Positions 7,809-16,307 of a DNA stretch of 64,000 bases are shown here, piece after piece (the stretch's first letter is position 1; the number at the start of each line of letters is the position of its first letter). The notes under the pieces are model-generated. The model did not search any database. It saw nothing but the letters and a program-made list of their open reading frames with translations, and was not told the origin of the DNA. The DNA lies in contig MFEF01000002.1 in the NCBI GenBank assembly GCA_001777515.1, positions 5,354 through 69,353 of the forward strand. The letters run 5' to 3'. Source of the stretch: Candidatus Doudnabacteria bacterium RIFCSPHIGHO2_01_48_18 (GTDB lineage: Bacteria; Patescibacteriota; Doudnabacteria; UBA920; 2-01-FULL-46-14). Position numbers and translations under genes: made by a program.

Positions 7809-9521
7809 ATGAAAGCGGAAGAATTACGACAGAAATTTATAGAGTTTTTTCGGGCACGCGGGCACGCGGTCGTGCTTTCGAGCTCGCTTATTCCTGACGA
7901 CCCGTCAGTGCTTTTGACCACGGCCGGCATGCAGCAGTTCAAAAAATATTTCACGGGCGAGCTGGATGCGGAGAAAGATTTCAATTCGAAGAATACCATA
8001 TCGATTCAGAAGTGTTTTCGGACTTCTAGTATTGATGAGGTTGGTGATGATACTCACGGAACATTTTTTGAAATGCTCGGCAATTTTTCTTTTGGCGGAT
8101 ACTTTAAGGAAGAGGCAATAAAATACGCTCACGAATTTATAACCTCCAAGGATTGGATGGGGCTTGAGATAGATTTTGTCAGCGTATTCAAAGGTGATGA
8201 CAATGTCCCAGCCGACGAAGAATCTGAAAAGATTTGGGAATCGCTAGGCGTAGAAAAGATAAAAAAGTTTGACAGAGATGATAATTTTTGGGGACCAACC
8301 GGCAACGAAGGCCCGTGCGGTCCCAGCACGGAAATTTATGTAAAAAATGCCGTCGGGAATAGCGTTGAGGTTTGGAACCTGGTGTTTAATGAATATTATT
8401 CGAAAAGCGGTGTTCTCGAGCCGCTCATGATCAAGGGTGTGGACACAGGCATGGGCATCGAGCGTCTTGCTATGGTGACCCAAAAAGTTTCAAATATTTT
8501 TGAAACGGATTTATTTACGCCCCTTACTAGCGTTCTGCCCCACGAATTGCCAGAAAGAGTCAAAAGAATCCTTGCGGACCATGCTAGAGCGGTTTCGTTT
8601 CTCACATCTGACGGCGTGCGTCCGTCTAACAAAGAAGCGGGCTATATTTTGCGGCGGCTCATGCGCCGGATGATCGTGCATGGCGCTGATTTCGAAAATC
8701 TTTTTAACAAAGTTGGGGAAATTTATTCCCCCGCGTATTCTGAACTGAACCTAAATGTAGTTCTCGAGGAATTTAAAAAAGAAAATGACAAATTCCAAAA
8801 AACCCTAAAAAGCGGCCTTAAAGAATTAGGAAAGCTGGAATCAATCGATGCGGCGGCCGCTTTCAAGCTTTATGAAACCTATGGTTTGCCCTTTGAGATT
8901 TTGAAAGATACGGAAATCTCTGGCGACAAGGCAAAAAATCTTTCCAGAGAAGAGTTTGATAAAGAATTCGCAAGACATCAGGAAAAATCTCGCGCTGGCG
9001 CGGAAAAGAAGTTTGGCGGGCATGGGTTATTGCTTGACACTGGCGAACTCAAGGCCGTGGATGAAAGGGAGCTAAAAATCGTGACCCGGCTCCATACCGC
9101 CACGCACCTTATGCAGGCTGCCTTGCGGCAAGTGTTCGGGCCGGAGGTCAAACAAAACGGCTCGGACATTACTGCCGAGCGGACCCGTTTCGACTTCTTT
9201 TTTAGCAGGAAAGTCACTCCTGAGGAACTCAAAAAAGTTGAAGATTTGGTTAACCAGAAAATTGCCGAAGATTTACCCGTAGGCTTTGTTGAGATGCCAA
9301 TCGAGGAGGCCAAAAAAACCGGAGCCTTGTATTTCTTTAAAGCGAGATATGGACAAAAGGTCAAAGTGTATTTTATGGGCAAAGATCTTGAGAGTGCTTG
9401 GAGCCGCGAGTTTTGCGGCGGCCCTCATGTTTCGCACACCGCCGAGGTGGGAAAATTCAAGATTCTCAAGGAAGAATCAACCGCCGCAGGGATCAGGCGC
9501 ATCCGCGCGACAGTCGAATGA
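7809..9521 (+). CDS. alaS: alanine--tRNA ligase, short form (catalytic, tRNA-recognition and editing domains; no C-Ala domain)
   Basis: N-terminus MKAEELRQKFIEFFRARGHAVVLSSSLIPDDPSVLLTTAGMQQFK matches the class II AlaRS motif. The editing-domain HxxxH ... CGGxH is present (HTATHLMQAALRQ ... CGGPHVSHT). Only 570 aa versus about 870 for full-length AlaRS. An extended -10 TGGTATAAT lies 7 nt before the ATG. Confidence 0.85.
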   Translation: MKAEELRQKFIEFFRARGHAVVLSSSLIPDDPSVLLTTAGMQQFKKYFTGELDAEKDFNSKNTISIQKCFRTSSIDEVGDDTHGTFFEMLGNFSFGGYFKEEAIKYAHEFITSKDWMGLEIDFVSVFKGDDNVPADEESEKIWESLGVEKIKKFDRDDNFWGPTGNEGPCGPSTEIYVKNAVGNSVEVWNLVFNEYYSKSGVLEPLMIKGVDTGMGIERLAMVTQKVSNIFETDLFTPLTSVLPHELPERVKRILADHARAVSFLTSDGVRPSNKEAGYILRRLMRRMIVHGADFENLFNKVGEIYSPAYSELNLNVVLEEFKKENDKFQKTLKSGLKELGKLESIDAAAAFKLYETYGLPFEILKDTEISGDKAKNLSREEFDKEFARHQEKSRAGAEKKFGGHGLLLDTGELKAVDERELKIVTRLHTATHLMQAALRQVFGPEVKQNGSDITAERTRFDFFFSRKVTPEELKKVEDLVNQKIAEDLPVGFVEMPIEEAKKTGALYFFKARYGQKVKVYFMGKDLESAWSREFCGGPHVSHTAEVGKFKILKEESTAAGIRRIRATVE

Positions 9522-9546
9522 AGCGCATTTATGCTATATTTAGTAC

Positions 9547-10374
9547 ATGATTAACCTCGAAAAACAATCAGGTCTCCCGATCCAAATGCGGGATGATTAT
9601 GGCTTAGTTTTTGAAAAAGGTCTGCCGCCGGTTACTCCGAACGTGCGCGAATTTTCTGCCATGCGCAACTATCTCAAGGATGCCTCGAGTACTTTTTGGA
9701 CAAAGCCGGTTTACTATATGTACCGCAACATTGCCAAGACTGAGGATAGGGAAGCCATCGACAAATCCGGCATCCAGTACGACATCACCGTGGTACTGCC
9801 GGGAAAAATGGGTGATGAGTTTTCAAAAACTATTGGCCACTACCATTCATTTGAGCCGGGCACGCAGGTTCGTTACCCCGAAGTTTATGAAGTTTTGTAC
9901 GGCAGAGCGATTTTTGTTATCCAAAGCGCCACGCCAGACCTTGAACAGCTGCAAGAAGCTTACGCCGTCAGAATGGAACGCGGAGAAAAAGTTTTGGTGC
10001 CGCCAGGCTTTGGACATGTGCTGGTCAACGCCACAGACGACGTGGTCATCACGGCCAACTGGCAGCCCAGTAAGAATGTCAGCGATTATTCGTCATATGA
10101 AAAGCACAACGGCGCCGCATATTATGTAGTGGAATCAGAGCGTCTCGGGCACGCTGGAAAAACCTCTACCGAGTTCAAATTTATTCCAAATTTGAACTAC
10201 AAACAGCTGCCAAAGCTTATTGAAGTTCGGCCGCGCGAGTTGCCGCAATATGAACTGCGCAGCGCTTTACCTTCGTATTTTTCAGGAGTTCGAGATTTAT
10301 CCAAACTAGATTTTCTCGTTCATCCTTCCAAATATCTTGACGAACTGATCCCTGACAAGCTCTTCGTAACATAA
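9547..10374 (+). CDS. cupin-type glucose-6-phosphate isomerase (archaeal cPGI family)
   Basis: TVVLPGKMGDEFSKTIGHYH ... EVYEVLYG ... VPPGFGHVLVN aligns with Pyrococcus cPGI TVLYPGKVGKEFFFTKGHFH ... EVYVAL ... VPPYWAHRTVN (metal-binding His/His/Glu/His). It carries an N-terminal extension of about 85 aa. Confidence 0.7.
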   Translation: MINLEKQSGLPIQMRDDYGLVFEKGLPPVTPNVREFSAMRNYLKDASSTFWTKPVYYMYRNIAKTEDREAIDKSGIQYDITVVLPGKMGDEFSKTIGHYHSFEPGTQVRYPEVYEVLYGRAIFVIQSATPDLEQLQEAYAVRMERGEKVLVPPGFGHVLVNATDDVVITANWQPSKNVSDYSSYEKHNGAAYYVVESERLGHAGKTSTEFKFIPNLNYKQLPKLIEVRPRELPQYELRSALPSYFSGVRDLSKLDFLVHPSKYLDELIPDKLFVT

Positions 10375-10381
10375 AAACGCA

Positions 10382-11656
10382 ATGGACATAATCAGGAGAA
10401 ACCAAAAATCTGCCATCAAACGGCCAAATTTTGAGCTGTTTGCCGGAAAATCAGTAGAACCGAGTATGCCACAGCAACCGCCATCCGACCGACCGCGTTT
10501 CAAATGGCGGATTCCAGTCGCGATTGTTACAATGATCGCCGTGATTGCCGCGGGTTTGTTTGTATTTTTGCCGCAGGCTCATATTACAGTGAAGGCGAGA
10601 ACTGAACCGCTGACCCGCGATTTTGAAATAAAGCTTGACCAAAGCGCGCAGGTAGCCAGCAGTGCTGATTTGGTGATACCCGGAAAAATTATCGAGCGCG
10701 AAGTTGCCGGTCAAAACAAATACACCGCGACCGGGACAAAGAACGTGGGGAAAACCGCGTCTGGGTTTGTCACTATTTATAATTTTTCCAAAACCACTCT
10801 GATCCTAAAAAAAGACACGACTGAACTCACAGCCAACGGACGAAAATATTATTTTACTCAAGACGTCGGTGGTATCCGTCCTACAGCGCGTATTGGTCAG
10901 CCAGGAGAAGATGAGATTGACGAAACCAGCCTCATTCCGCCAGTGCCCGTTGTTGGCGCTGGTCCTGGCGACGAATACAATCTGCCAGCAAACGCGCGAA
11001 TCGAGATAAAAAACGAAGCGTTCGGTGCACAGCCGCAAACTTTGTACGCAACAGTGAGTGAAGGTATCAGTGGAGGAACCACCAAGCAGGTGAAAATAGT
11101 TACGGCCGGGGATATTGAAAGCGGCTATCAGGCATTGTCGCGGGAGTTGCTTGATAGGGCCAGAGCTGATCTTGCCGCAGCCAATCCCGGCGCAAAGATT
11201 TTGGATAACGCGGTGACCGTGCAGGTTTTGGATCAAAAAGCAGATCCGGCTGCCGGCGCGGAGGCGCAACAGTTCAGCGTGAATGCGCGCGTGAAGATCA
11301 AAGCGCTGACATACGATGAAGATGAAATCAGAGAGATAATTTTTTTAAGAATCAAACGGCTATTGCCGCCGGAAAAAATATTATCAGATGACACCGCAAA
11401 TTTTGATGTGAAAATGAATGCGGTGAATCTTGATCAGGGGCAGGCCGCGCTTCAGGTTCATTTCGAGGGTGATATCGTTTACGAGCTCGACAAAGCTGGG
11501 CTTTTGGAAAAGGTCAGGGGTAAGAGCGCTGAAGAAATAAGGGAAATTTTTCTATCCAAGCCAGAAATCGAGTCACTAGAGGTGCAATTTTCGCCATTTT
11601 GGGTAAAAAACGCGCCTTCCTTGCGCGGCAAGATCAGAATTGACACCGCGGGGTAA
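10382..11656 (+). CDS. hypothetical membrane-anchored protein (N-terminal TM, large extracytoplasmic beta-rich domain)
   Basis: A single hydrophobic segment VAIVTMIAVIAAGLFVFL lies near the N-terminus. No recognisable catalytic motif. Confidence 0.4.
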   Translation: MDIIRRNQKSAIKRPNFELFAGKSVEPSMPQQPPSDRPRFKWRIPVAIVTMIAVIAAGLFVFLPQAHITVKARTEPLTRDFEIKLDQSAQVASSADLVIPGKIIEREVAGQNKYTATGTKNVGKTASGFVTIYNFSKTTLILKKDTTELTANGRKYYFTQDVGGIRPTARIGQPGEDEIDETSLIPPVPVVGAGPGDEYNLPANARIEIKNEAFGAQPQTLYATVSEGISGGTTKQVKIVTAGDIESGYQALSRELLDRARADLAAANPGAKILDNAVTVQVLDQKADPAAGAEAQQFSVNARVKIKALTYDEDEIREIIFLRIKRLLPPEKILSDDTANFDVKMNAVNLDQGQAALQVHFEGDIVYELDKAGLLEKVRGKSAEEIREIFLSKPEIESLEVQFSPFWVKNAPSLRGKIRIDTAG

Positions 11657-11699
11657 ACTCTGGTATTATTTCTGTTACCAGCACTAAATAGGTTAAAAA

Positions 11700-11975
11700 T
11701 TGCTAAATAAAGCGGTTTCTCAAGACTCTGGGGAGAACGGATCCAGGACGAATAAGGACATTATAGAACTTGAGGGCAAAGTTGTGGAAGCTTTACCCAA
11801 TGCTGTTTTTCGCGTACAGATTGACACTGGTAAGCCTGATTCCAAACAGGAAATCCTGGCTCACATCTCTGGAAAACTCCGGATTAACAGAATCAGGGTC
11901 CTGCCAGGAGACCGTGTGAGAGTAGAACTGACGCCCTATGATCTGACAAGGGGCCGCATAACGCGAAGACTTTAA
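11700..11975 (+). CDS. infA: translation initiation factor IF-1
   Basis: [27 protein letters not shown] ... [39 protein letters not shown] matches the IF-1 S1-like fold. The only in-frame start is TTG at 11700, which gives an 18-aa N-terminal extension, so the start is uncertain. Confidence 0.8.
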   Translation: MLNKAVSQDSGENGSRTNKDIIELEGKVVEALPNAVFRVQIDTGKPDSKQEILAHISGKLRINRIRVLPGDRVRVELTPYDLTRGRITRRL

Positions 11976-12001
11976 GAAATACTGTTAATAAATATTAGAA
12001 A

Positions 12002-12115
12002 ATGAAGGTCCGTGCATCGGCAAAGAAAATCTGCAAGAAGTGCAAGATCATCAGGCGCAAAGGCCGAATTTTTGTAATTTGCGAGAACCCAAAACATAAG
12101 CAGAGACAAGGATAA
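12002..12115 (+). CDS. rpmJ: 50S ribosomal protein L36
   Basis: Hand translation gives [37 protein letters not shown] (37 aa), the zinc-ribbon L36 signature. It is not in the supplied ORF track because it is shorter than 60 aa. Confidence 0.9.
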   Translation: MKVRASAKKICKKCKIIRRKGRIFVICENPKHKQRQG

Positions 12116-12118
12116 TCT

Positions 12119-12514
12119 ATGGCCCTCGTTAGAATCGCGGGAGTAACGCTCCCGGCGCAAAAAAGAATAGAAGCAGCCCTGCCCATTTTATACGGGGTTG
12201 GTTTTTCGCGCGCCAAAAAGATTCTGGAAGCAGTCAAAATCAGTCCTGACAAGCGAACTTCAGAGCTGACCGAAAACGAAGTCTCCAAGCTCAAAGAATT
12301 TATCGAAAGCAATTTCAAAGTAGAAGGAGCGCTCAGGCAGGAAGTTTCGCAGAATATTAAGAGGCTTAAAGAGATTGGCGCTTACCGCGGTATCAGACAT
12401 ATCCGTGGCTTGCCAGTCCGGGGTCAGCGTACCAAAACCAATTCCCGAACAGTAAGAGGCAATGTGCGTAAAACCGCAGGCAGCGGACGTAAATCCTCAT
12501 CGGAGAAGACATAA
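12119..12514 (+). CDS. rpsM: 30S ribosomal protein S13
   Basis: MALVRIAGVTLPAQKRIEAALPILYGVGFSRAKKIL ... is a typical S13 N-terminus. AAGGA RBS. Confidence 0.9.
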   Translation: MALVRIAGVTLPAQKRIEAALPILYGVGFSRAKKILEAVKISPDKRTSELTENEVSKLKEFIESNFKVEGALRQEVSQNIKRLKEIGAYRGIRHIRGLPVRGQRTKTNSRTVRGNVRKTAGSGRKSSSEKT

Positions 12515-12516
12515 AT

Positions 12517-12945
12517 ATGGGTGAGCAGAAAGTTAAAACAATCGAAGGCGGTGCGGCAGAGAAAGCCGGAACAAGCAAAGGCAAAAAATCCAAGCGCAAG
12601 GTGCCGCGTGGCAATATTTACATTCAGTCTACCTACAACAACACCATCATTACTGTGACTGATGAAAAAGGTCAGGTCATTGGCTGGGGAACAGCGGGCC
12701 TCACTGGTTTTAAGGGCAGCAAAAAATCAACTCCTTACGCAGCGCAGCGCACCATGGAAGAAACTATGGAAAAACTAAAGAACGTGGGTCTCACTGAGGT
12801 TGAGGTCTTTGTGCGCGGAATTGGTTCAGGCAGAGAAGCCGCGGTTCGCGCCCTTCAGAATACGAACATCAATGTTTTAGCTATTAAAGACACTACCCCA
12901 ATCAGACACGGCGGTGTGAGACCGAAGAAAGTCAGGAGAGTCTAA
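12517..12945 (+). CDS. rpsK: 30S ribosomal protein S11
   Basis: GNIYIQSTYNNTIITVTDEKGQVIGWGTAGLTGFKGSKKSTPYAAQ is the S11 signature. Confidence 0.9.
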   Translation: MGEQKVKTIEGGAAEKAGTSKGKKSKRKVPRGNIYIQSTYNNTIITVTDEKGQVIGWGTAGLTGFKGSKKSTPYAAQRTMEETMEKLKNVGLTEVEVFVRGIGSGREAAVRALQNTNINVLAIKDTTPIRHGGVRPKKVRRV

Positions 12946-12947
12946 AC

Positions 12948-13553
12948 ATGCGTACCACAGGGCCAAAAACCAGAAAAGCCAGACGAATCGGAGAGCCGCT
13001 TCGGGACAAAGATGCCAAATACCTGGTAAAGCGCAACTATGCGCCGGGTATGCATGGCCAGAACCGAGCCCGTCTTTCTGAATTTGCTATTCACCATAAG
13101 GAAAAGCAGAAAGCAAAGTGGATTTATGATGTAACCGAAAGGCAATTTTCCAATTACGTCAAAGCCGCGATGCGAAAAAAAGCCATGACCGGCGACATGC
13201 TTCTGCAGTTTTTGGAATCGCGTCTCGACAATATTGTTTATCGCTTGGGATTTGCTGCTTCCAGAGCGCAGGGACGACAGATTGTCGGACACGGTTTTAT
13301 CACAGTGGACGGTAAAAAGGTCAACATTCCGTCGTTCCAGGTTTCGACTGGCGCGGTAATCGAAATAAACCCGAACAAGCGCACTTCAAAATATGTGGAG
13401 AAACTTCAGAGCTTGCTCAAAGAGCACAAGACTCAGGAATGGCTGGAACTTGATGCGAAAAACCTCAAAGGCCGCGTTTTGTCAAAACCGACCCCGACAT
13501 TGATTGGTTCAACCATTCAAATGGATCTGATCGTAGAACATTATAATCGATAA
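12948..13553 (+). CDS. rpsD: 30S ribosomal protein S4
   Basis: S4 N-terminal and S4-domain motifs (RLDNIVYRLGFAASRAQGRQIVGHGFITVDGKKVNIPS). Confidence 0.9.
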   Translation: MRTTGPKTRKARRIGEPLRDKDAKYLVKRNYAPGMHGQNRARLSEFAIHHKEKQKAKWIYDVTERQFSNYVKAAMRKKAMTGDMLLQFLESRLDNIVYRLGFAASRAQGRQIVGHGFITVDGKKVNIPSFQVSTGAVIEINPNKRTSKYVEKLQSLLKEHKTQEWLELDAKNLKGRVLSKPTPTLIGSTIQMDLIVEHYNR

Positions 13554-13586
13554 CACCCTTAACCATAATCTAAACACCTAACCTAT

Positions 13587-14528
13587 ATGCTAAAAGGCAA
13601 CATTCCATTACCAAATAAAGTTTACTGGGCCAAAGACGAAGGCGCGAAATCTGTCGTGGTCATTGAACCGCTTTATCCTGGCTATGGCGTAACCGCAGGC
13701 AATGCTCTCAGACGCGTTTTGCTCTCGAGTTTACCCGGTGCTGCCGTGACATTTGTCAAAATCAAAGGTGTTGACCATGAATTCTCCACGATCAATAATG
13801 TCACCGAAGATGTAGTGGACATCATTTTGAATCTCAAGCAGCTCAGATTGCGCATTAACGCGGATGAACCGGTAAGACTCGAGCTCAAGGCCAAGGGTCA
13901 GAAAGAAATCAAAGCCGGCCATATCAAAGCGGATAGCCGGGTCGAGATCATCAACCCTGATCTCGTCATCGCCACACTTGATAACAAGAATGCTGATATG
14001 GAAATGGAACTCATTGTAGAAAAAGGTCTTGGCTATGTTCCCGTCGAAATGCGTGAAGCTGAAAAAAGGGAGATCGGCATGATTGCTGTTGATGCGATTT
14101 TTACCCCGGTCCGCAACGTAAATTTTGAAGTCCAAAATGTCCGTGTCGGACAGATCACTAACTATGACAAGCTGACCATTACCATGGAAACCGACGGCAC
14201 GATCACGGGCCGCGAGGCCATGGATATTGCCGCGCAAATCCTTGTCGATCATTTTGCGCTGCTTAAGACCTCAGAAGCTCCGGAGATCAAGGCAGCCACC
14301 GAAGCCCCAGTAGAGCAAACCGAAAGTGTTCCGGCTGATGAAGCGCCAGTAGCAGAAGCTGCAGGTCTTGAAAGCCTCGGCCTTTCCAACCGCGCTCAGA
14401 ATGCTTTGCTGCGCAACAACATCCACAATGTTGAGCAGTTGCAAGGCATGGATAGAGAGGGATTATCGCGCCTTGAAGGTTTGGGTGAGAAATCTATAGA
14501 TGAAATTCTTAAAGCTATTGGAAAATAA
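13587..14528 (+). CDS. rpoA: DNA-directed RNA polymerase subunit alpha
   Basis: Alpha N-terminal domain motifs (VVVIEPLYPGYGVTAGNALRRVLLSSLPGAAV) and C-terminal HhH. The infA-rpmJ-rpsM-rpsK-rpsD-rpoA-rplQ gene order is conserved. Confidence 0.9.
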   Translation: MLKGNIPLPNKVYWAKDEGAKSVVVIEPLYPGYGVTAGNALRRVLLSSLPGAAVTFVKIKGVDHEFSTINNVTEDVVDIILNLKQLRLRINADEPVRLELKAKGQKEIKAGHIKADSRVEIINPDLVIATLDNKNADMEMELIVEKGLGYVPVEMREAEKREIGMIAVDAIFTPVRNVNFEVQNVRVGQITNYDKLTITMETDGTITGREAMDIAAQILVDHFALLKTSEAPEIKAATEAPVEQTESVPADEAPVAEAAGLESLGLSNRAQNALLRNNIHNVEQLQGMDREGLSRLEGLGEKSIDEILKAIGK

Positions 14529-14872
14529 TGCGCCATCGTAAGAAGCGACATCTCAGAGGCGATAAGGACCGCCGCCGCAAAGAACTACGAGCGCTCGCAA
14601 CCTCGGTTATTTTGCATGATCGAATAGAGACTACCAAATCTCGCGCCAAGATTACCAAAACAGCCGTGGAAAAAATGGTTACGAAAGGAAAGAAAGGCGG
14701 ATTGACTGCCATTCGACTCTTGAGAAAGGATTTGCCAGAGAACGCGGTAAAGAAAGTTATAGAAGTTTTCGCGCCGCGCTTTCAGAGCCGTCCAGGCGGC
14801 TACACTCGCATTCTTCACGCCGGGAAATACAAGGACGGCACTGATAAAGTTCTATTGGAGTTTGTTAAATAA
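14528..14872 (+). CDS. rplQ: 50S ribosomal protein L17
   Basis: MRHRKKRHLRGDKDRRRKELRALATSVILHDRIETT matches L17. Confidence 0.9.
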   Translation: MRHRKKRHLRGDKDRRRKELRALATSVILHDRIETTKSRAKITKTAVEKMVTKGKKGGLTAIRLLRKDLPENAVKKVIEVFAPRFQSRPGGYTRILHAGKYKDGTDKVLLEFVK

Positions 14873-14873
14873 T

Positions 14874-15293
14874 ATGACAACCACACTACCAAAAGTTCAG
14901 GAATTGAAGCGCGAATGGTACGAGGTTGATGCTTCAAAGCATAGCCTGGGCAGGCTCGCTACGGCTGTGGCGCGCGTCCTGGCAGGCAAACACAAAGCTA
15001 ACTACACACCCCATCTTGGGACGGGTGATTTCGTGGTTATCACTAACATTGAAAAGGTGAAGCTGACTGGAAGAAAACCTCTGCAGAAAGAATATTTTCA
15101 CTATTCGGGCTATCCCGGTGGATTGAAGCGCCGCCTTTTAAAGGATGTGATGGCAAATAGCCCGGAAAAGGTTGTTTATCGCGCTGTTCGCGGCATGCTG
15201 CCGACCAATCGGTTGCGCGCCGGCAGGCTCAAGCGCATGAAGCTCGTGAAAGGTGCTTCGCACAGTTTTAAAATTGACAAGAAATTAGCTTAA
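14874..15293 (+). CDS. rplM: 50S ribosomal protein L13
   Basis: KREWYEVDASKHSLGRLATAVARVLAGKHKANYTPHLGTGDFVVITN is the L13 signature. ATG at 14874, directly after the rplQ stop, is preferred over the in-frame TTG at 14862. Confidence 0.85.
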   Translation: MTTTLPKVQELKREWYEVDASKHSLGRLATAVARVLAGKHKANYTPHLGTGDFVVITNIEKVKLTGRKPLQKEYFHYSGYPGGLKRRLLKDVMANSPEKVVYRAVRGMLPTNRLRAGRLKRMKLVKGASHSFKIDKKLA

Positions 15294-15298
15294 GAACT

Positions 15299-15748
15299 AT
15301 GGAGAAAAAAACCACAACCGCTGCTGCAAAGAAAGTGGCCGTACCAAAAAAACATAAGGATAAATATTTCTTCGCTGTTGGACGCAGAAAAACCGCACAA
15401 GCCAGAGTGAAGGTCTGGGCCTCTGGGACAGGAGAGATCACTGTGAATGAAAGACCGTTTGAAGCCTATTTCCCGACTTTTGGTTTGCAAAAGATGGCAC
15501 AGGACCCGCTGCTTGTCTTGGGTCTTGAGAAGAAAATCAACGCGGTGATTACGACAGCGGGCGGCGGCGTTGGCGCACAGGCCAAAGCATCATCTTTGGG
15601 AATAGCCAGAGCCTTGCTTTTGATTGATCCTAACTACCGCGGCGTTCTCAAGAAGAGCGGATTTCTTTCTCGCGACGCGCGTAAAAAAGAAAGAAAAAAA
15701 CCAGGATTGAAGAGAGCGCGCAGACGTCCACAGTGGCAAAAAAGATAA
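15299..15748 (+). CDS. rpsI: 30S ribosomal protein S9
   Basis: YFFAVGRRKTAQARVKVWASGTGEITVNERPFEAYFP ... and a basic C-terminus ending QWQKR. Confidence 0.9.
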   Translation: MEKKTTTAAAKKVAVPKKHKDKYFFAVGRRKTAQARVKVWASGTGEITVNERPFEAYFPTFGLQKMAQDPLLVLGLEKKINAVITTAGGGVGAQAKASSLGIARALLLIDPNYRGVLKKSGFLSRDARKKERKKPGLKRARRRPQWQKR

Positions 15749-15760
15749 TCAGATTTTTAA

Positions 15761-15790
15761 AACACCTCAACCGCCGGTTGAGGTGTTTTG
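15761..15790 (+). terminator. rho-independent terminator after rplM-rpsI
   Basis: CACCTCAAC (15763-15771) / GTTGAGGTG (15777-15785) followed by TTTTGTG. Confidence 0.65.
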
Positions 15791-15805
15791 TGCTATAATA
15801 CAGTC

Positions 15806-16093
15806 ATGCCCGAAGAAATTGAGAAAATTAAAGACCAAATAGTCCCGATTCTTAAAGAAGCCGGAGTTTTAAAGTCGTCCCTATTTGGCTCTGTGGTGAG
15901 AGGTGAGGCTAGACCAGATAGTGATGTGGATATTTTAATCGAATTTCCTAGAGATAAAGATATGTTTGACCTCATAGATTTGGAAGAAAAGCTAAAATCA
16001 AAATTGCGTAAAAAGGTGGATTTGATTACTTACCGCTCGATACACCACCTACTGCGCGACAATATCCTCAAAGAACAAGTTCGTATCCTATGA
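15806..16093 (+). CDS. MNT-type nucleotidyltransferase (antitoxin of an MNT/HepT toxin-antitoxin pair)
   Basis: LFGSVVRGEARPDSDVDILIEF is the minimal nucleotidyltransferase (GS...DxD) motif. An extended -10 TGCTATAAT (15791-15799) lies 6 nt upstream of ATG 15806, suggesting a leaderless mRNA. The ORF-track start at 15788 would overlap the terminator hairpin. Confidence 0.7.
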   Translation: MPEEIEKIKDQIVPILKEAGVLKSSLFGSVVRGEARPDSDVDILIEFPRDKDMFDLIDLEEKLKSKLRKKVDLITYRSIHHLLRDNILKEQVRIL

Positions 16094-16299
16094 GCAAAGA
16101 CCCGCAAATACTGCTCCAACATATCTTTGAATCAGTTGAAATTTTGCAATCTTATTTGACTGGTGTTGACGAGGAGCAGTTTTTGCATAATTTTAAAGAC
16201 CAGGACGCGGTAGAACGTGGAAGTTTCAATCCGTCCGTTAAATTTTTGCAAAGAGTGGCGACCGCCCTCGATGCAGAATTGCACATTTCGATTTCTTAA
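16090..16299 (+). pseudogene. HepT-like (DUF86) toxin gene, C-terminally truncated
   Basis: The N-terminus ILLQHIFESVEILQSYLTGVDEEQFLHNFKDQDAVERG matches the DUF86/HepT family, but the ORF ends at 69 aa. The catalytic Rx4HxY region is absent. The ORF overlaps MNT by 4 nt and stops 8 bp before the MITE-like element. Confidence 0.5.
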
Positions 16300-16307
16300 A
16301 CCTTTTT

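Noticed and set aside
9611-10129. 172-aa + ORF in alternative frame inside cupin PGI
   Set aside because: Same strand but a different frame from the strongly supported cPGI CDS. Arg/Cys-rich low-complexity translation.
16299-16300. Target-site duplications flanking the two MITE-like copies
   Set aside because: Flanks are AT-rich (A: ...CCTTTTT | TTATTTC; B: ...AAAATAA | AAATTTC). Any short direct repeat such as TT, AA or ATAAAT depends on where the element boundary is drawn, so no TSD is claimed.
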